Source: Clostridia bacterium
GTDB lineage: Bacteria > Bacillota > Clostridia > UBA1212 > UBA1255
Assembly (NCBI GenBank): GCA_017508875.1
Contig: JAFWQX010000084.1
Coordinates: forward strand, 2,506 to 66,505
Direction of reading: 5' to 3'
DNA: 64,000 nucleotides
Positions 60,987-64,000 of this stretch are shown piece by piece (position 1 is the stretch's first letter; each line of letters opens with the position of its first letter). Position numbers and translations under genes: made by a program. The notes below the pieces were generated by a model. That model worked only from the letters and a program-made list of their open reading frames with translations, was not told the origin of the DNA and did no database searches.

Positions 60987-63248
60987 ATGGCTGAAAAACA
61001 TAGATCCAACAGCGGAGACACGCATCAGGTAAATAAAAAGTTTGACGATATTATTGTTGAGAGCGATCCTTCGAAACTTTTCCGCGAAGAACGCATCACA
61101 ACGACGCTCGAAGAAAACTATATGCCTTACGCTATGAGCGTTATCGTGTCGCGAGCCATTCCGGACATTGACGGATTTAAACCTTCACACAGGAAACTGC
61201 TTTATACGATGTATAAAAAAGGTCTGCTAAGAGGGCCGCGCACGAAGTCGGCGAACGTCGTCGGTGAAACGATGAAATTAAATCCTCACGGCGATCAGGC
61301 TATATATGATACCATGGTTCGTCTGACGCGCGGGAACCAGGCGCTTTTACATCCGTACGTGGATTCGAAGGGCAATTTCGGTAAGCAGTATTCACGCGAA
61401 ATGCAGTGCGCCGCCCCGAGGTATACCGAGGTCAAGCTCGATAAGATCTGCGAAGAACTGTTCGCTGATATGGACAGGGACGCAGTGGATTTCGTTGATA
61501 ACTACGACGGCACGATGAAGGAGCCCACGCTGTTTCCGGTCACTTTTCCTACGATCCTCGTAAACTCGACAGAAGGCCTTGCGGTCGGTATGGCAACGAA
61601 GATCTGCAGCTTCAACCTCCGCGAAGTATGCGAAGCGACGTGCGCATATATTGACGACAAGGATTGTGATCTGAGTCATTTTATCGTTGCCCCGGATTTC
61701 TCGACCGGCGGTACGGTAATCTATTCGCAATCTGTGCTTAATCAGATCATCGAAGAAGGCCGAGGCAGCGTAAAGATCAGGGCAAAATACAGATTCGATA
61801 AGAAAAACAACTGCATCGAGATCTACGAGATTCCTTATACGACCGTATGCGAGACCATAATGGACGATATAGTGAAGCTCGTAAAAGACGGAAAGATCAA
61901 GGAAATCGTTGACGTCCGCGACGAGACGGACCTCGGCGGTCTGAAGATCACGCTCGACGTGAGGAAAAATATTGACCCCGACGCATTGATGAACAAGCTT
62001 TACAAAATGACTTCGCTGCAGGAAAATTTTGCGTGCAACTTCAACGTCCTTATCGACGGAAGACCGCAGGTGCTCGGTGTCAGAGGACTGCTTGCTGAGT
62101 GGGTCAGATTCAGGATCGGGTGCATAAAGCGTGAAATACAGTTCGATATAAAAACCAAGAGCGATAAATTACATCTTCTGAAAGGCCTCGAAAAGATACT
62201 TCTCGATATCGATAAAGCAATAAAGATCGTACGCGAGACCGAAAGCGATGATCTGGTCATTCCCAATCTTATGTGGGGCTTCGGGATCGACGAGATCCAG
62301 GCAAATTTCGTGGCAGAGATCAAACTCCGCAACCTGAACAAGGAGTACATTCTTGAAAAAACCGGTGATATCGCGAAGCTGATCGAAGAAATCGACGACC
62401 TTAAAGATATGCTCGGGAAGGAGAACAGGATCCGCACGCTTATCAAACGCCAGCTTCGTGACGTCGAAAAGAAATACGGAAAAGACCGGCTTACTGACAT
62501 CATCCACGAAGACGACGTCGTGACGATAACTAAAGAGGAACTTATCGACGATTATAACCTTAAACTCTTCCTTACGCGCGACGGATACTTCAAGAAGATA
62601 CCGATGATCGCACTTCGCAATAACCCCGAACAGAAGCTGAAGGAAGACGATGTATTTACGCAGGAGATAGAGTGGCATAATAAATCCGAGATATTGTTCT
62701 TCTCTGATAAGCAGTGCGTTTACAAATTCCGTATCCATGAACTGCCGGACTGCAAGGCCGCTTCGCTCGGCGAGTACCTGGTCAATACTCTTGATATTTC
62801 CGGCGATGAGCGTATAATCTATATGGTTCCGACGGACAATTATTCCGGCGAAATGCTCTTCGCTTTTGAGAACGGAAAAGTTGCCCGGGTACCGCTTAAC
62901 TCGTACGAGACCAAGACGAACAGAAAGAAGCTCATAAACGCATACAGCGACTCAAGTCCGATCGTTGACGCGCTCCATCTGTCCGTACCCGGCGATATAG
63001 TTTGTGCCACCACGAACGACAGACTTGTGACCCTGAGATCCGATCTGATCCCGGTGAAATCCACCAAGAGTTCACAGGGCGTCCAGGTATTAAAACCGAA
63101 GAAGGACTACAAACTGAAATATATGAAGAAAGCGGACAACGCGGGGCTGGCGGACGCTAATGCGTACCGGATAAGAGCGATACCTTCTCCGGGCAGCTTT
63201 CTTAAAAAAGACGACCAGAAAGCCCAGCAGCTGAGCCTGCTCGAATAA
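60987..63248 (+). CDS. parC: type IIA topoisomerase A subunit (ParC/GyrA family, short C-terminal domain)
   Basis: YAMSVIVSRAIPDIDGFKPSHRKLLY contains the active-site region. The 753-aa length and absence of a visible GyrA-box favour ParC. Confidence 0.7.
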   Translation: MAEKHRSNSGDTHQVNKKFDDIIVESDPSKLFREERITTTLEENYMPYAMSVIVSRAIPDIDGFKPSHRKLLYTMYKKGLLRGPRTKSANVVGETMKLNPHGDQAIYDTMVRLTRGNQALLHPYVDSKGNFGKQYSREMQCAAPRYTEVKLDKICEELFADMDRDAVDFVDNYDGTMKEPTLFPVTFPTILVNSTEGLAVGMATKICSFNLREVCEATCAYIDDKDCDLSHFIVAPDFSTGGTVIYSQSVLNQIIEEGRGSVKIRAKYRFDKKNNCIEIYEIPYTTVCETIMDDIVKLVKDGKIKEIVDVRDETDLGGLKITLDVRKNIDPDALMNKLYKMTSLQENFACNFNVLIDGRPQVLGVRGLLAEWVRFRIGCIKREIQFDIKTKSDKLHLLKGLEKILLDIDKAIKIVRETESDDLVIPNLMWGFGIDEIQANFVAEIKLRNLNKEYILEKTGDIAKLIEEIDDLKDMLGKENRIRTLIKRQLRDVEKKYGKDRLTDIIHEDDVVTITKEELIDDYNLKLFLTRDGYFKKIPMIALRNNPEQKLKEDDVFTQEIEWHNKSEILFFSDKQCVYKFRIHELPDCKAASLGEYLVNTLDISGDERIIYMVPTDNYSGEMLFAFENGKVARVPLNSYETKTNRKKLINAYSDSSPIVDALHLSVPGDIVCATTNDRLVTLRSDLIPVKSTKSSQGVQVLKPKKDYKLKYMKKADNAGLADANAYRIRAIPSPGSFLKKDDQKAQQLSLLE

Positions 63249-63291
63249 AACTGAAACTATACGGAAATTATTTAAAGGAGTTAAAGTGACA

Positions 63292-64000
63292 ATGAACAAA
63301 TACGATTATCTGGTAGACAGACTTAACAATAAAGACGTCCTCGTACGCCTTGAATCTTTAAGAGAATTAAAAGCGATGATCGACCGCGGCGAGATCGAAG
63401 CGACCGTCTCAGGAGATGACGTTAATAATCACATCCATACGACTTATTCGTTTTCTCCGTATTCTCCCACTAAAGCTATATGGATGGCGTACACGTCAGG
63501 ACTTAAGACTGCCGGCATAATGGATCACGATTCGCTCTCGGGCGCAAGGGAGTTCATTGAAGCGGGGAAGATCATCGGAATGCTTACGACGATCGGCACT
63601 GAATGCAGAGCATCGATGAAAGGCACTCCTCTTGAGACGCTCAGGATCAACAACCCGGATCAGAAGGGCGTGGCGTACATGGCGCTTCACGGCGTTCCGC
63701 ACCAGAATATTGACGCTGTCATAGATTTCTTCAAGCCTTACAGCGAGGCGAGAAACCGCAGAAACAGAAAGATGATCGAAAACATCAATAAATTGACCGC
63801 AGGCGTCGATATCGTGCTTGATTTTGACCGCGACGTACTCCCGCTTTCCAACTCTTTCCTCGGAGGCAGCGTCACGGAAAGACATCTGCTGTACGCGCTT
63901 TCCAAAAAGATTACAGAACGCTTCGGAAAAGGCCGGGCGGTAGTCGATTTCCTTGAAAAAGATTTCGGTATGCCTATCTCTGCTAAAGTAAGAGCGTTCC
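63292..64000 (+). CDS. PHP-domain protein, 3'-truncated at the window edge
   Basis: RBS aaaggag, ATG at 63292, and a HIHTTYSFSPYSP PHP motif. The frame is open to the end of the window. Confidence 0.6.
   Translation, partial: MNKYDYLVDRLNNKDVLVRLESLRELKAMIDRGEIEATVSGDDVNNHIHTTYSFSPYSPTKAIWMAYTSGLKTAGIMDHDSLSGAREFIEAGKIIGMLTTIGTECRASMKGTPLETLRINNPDQKGVAYMALHGVPHQNIDAVIDFFKPYSEARNRRNRKMIENINKLTAGVDIVLDFDRDVLPLSNSFLGGSVTERHLLYALSKKITERFGKGRAVVDFLEKDFGMPISAKVRAF

Overview
This 64 kb window reads as a mostly + strand, densely coding stretch of core chromosome from a Clostridia-type Firmicute anaerobe (about 50% GC). That assignment is an inference from gene content such as the V/A-type ATPase operon, the sensory [FeFe]-hydrogenase-like locus and the ireB-ruvX-DUF1292 trio. 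Confidently recognised content is an RNase P RNA gene, phosphoglucomutase, a dnaE gene split by an apparent 1-nt frameshift, mscL, ychF, an OmpR-type response regulator, HtrA, nth, a CotH-family protein, tatD, hflKC, gdhA, a LarA homologue, ireB-ruvX-DUF1292, a nagA-like amidohydrolase, metY, a nine-gene V-type ATPase operon, proC, an RNase HI-NUDIX fusion, valS, a DRTGG/GHKL-kinase/[FeFe]-hydrogenase-like/DRTGG/PHP regulatory cluster, a GDSL hydrolase, an RNase E/G-family protein, a bifunctional aldolase/SDR, and ParE/ParC-like topoisomerase subunits. I saw no CRISPR array, no obvious mobile element and no tRNA or rRNA. The best candidates for uncharacterised systems are the DRTGG-kinase-hydrogenase-like-DRTGG-PHP sensory module translationally abutting valS, and an orphan trio of TadE/TadG-like pseudopilin-type proteins with its own promoter. 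The frameshifted dnaE, the RNase H-NUDIX fusion, a Rossmann-degenerate 6PGDH-like protein, a catalytically dead transglutaminase-like lipoprotein and an attenuator-like gdhA leader are also worth a second look. Every call rests on reading the six-frame translations and motifs by eye; no database search was run.
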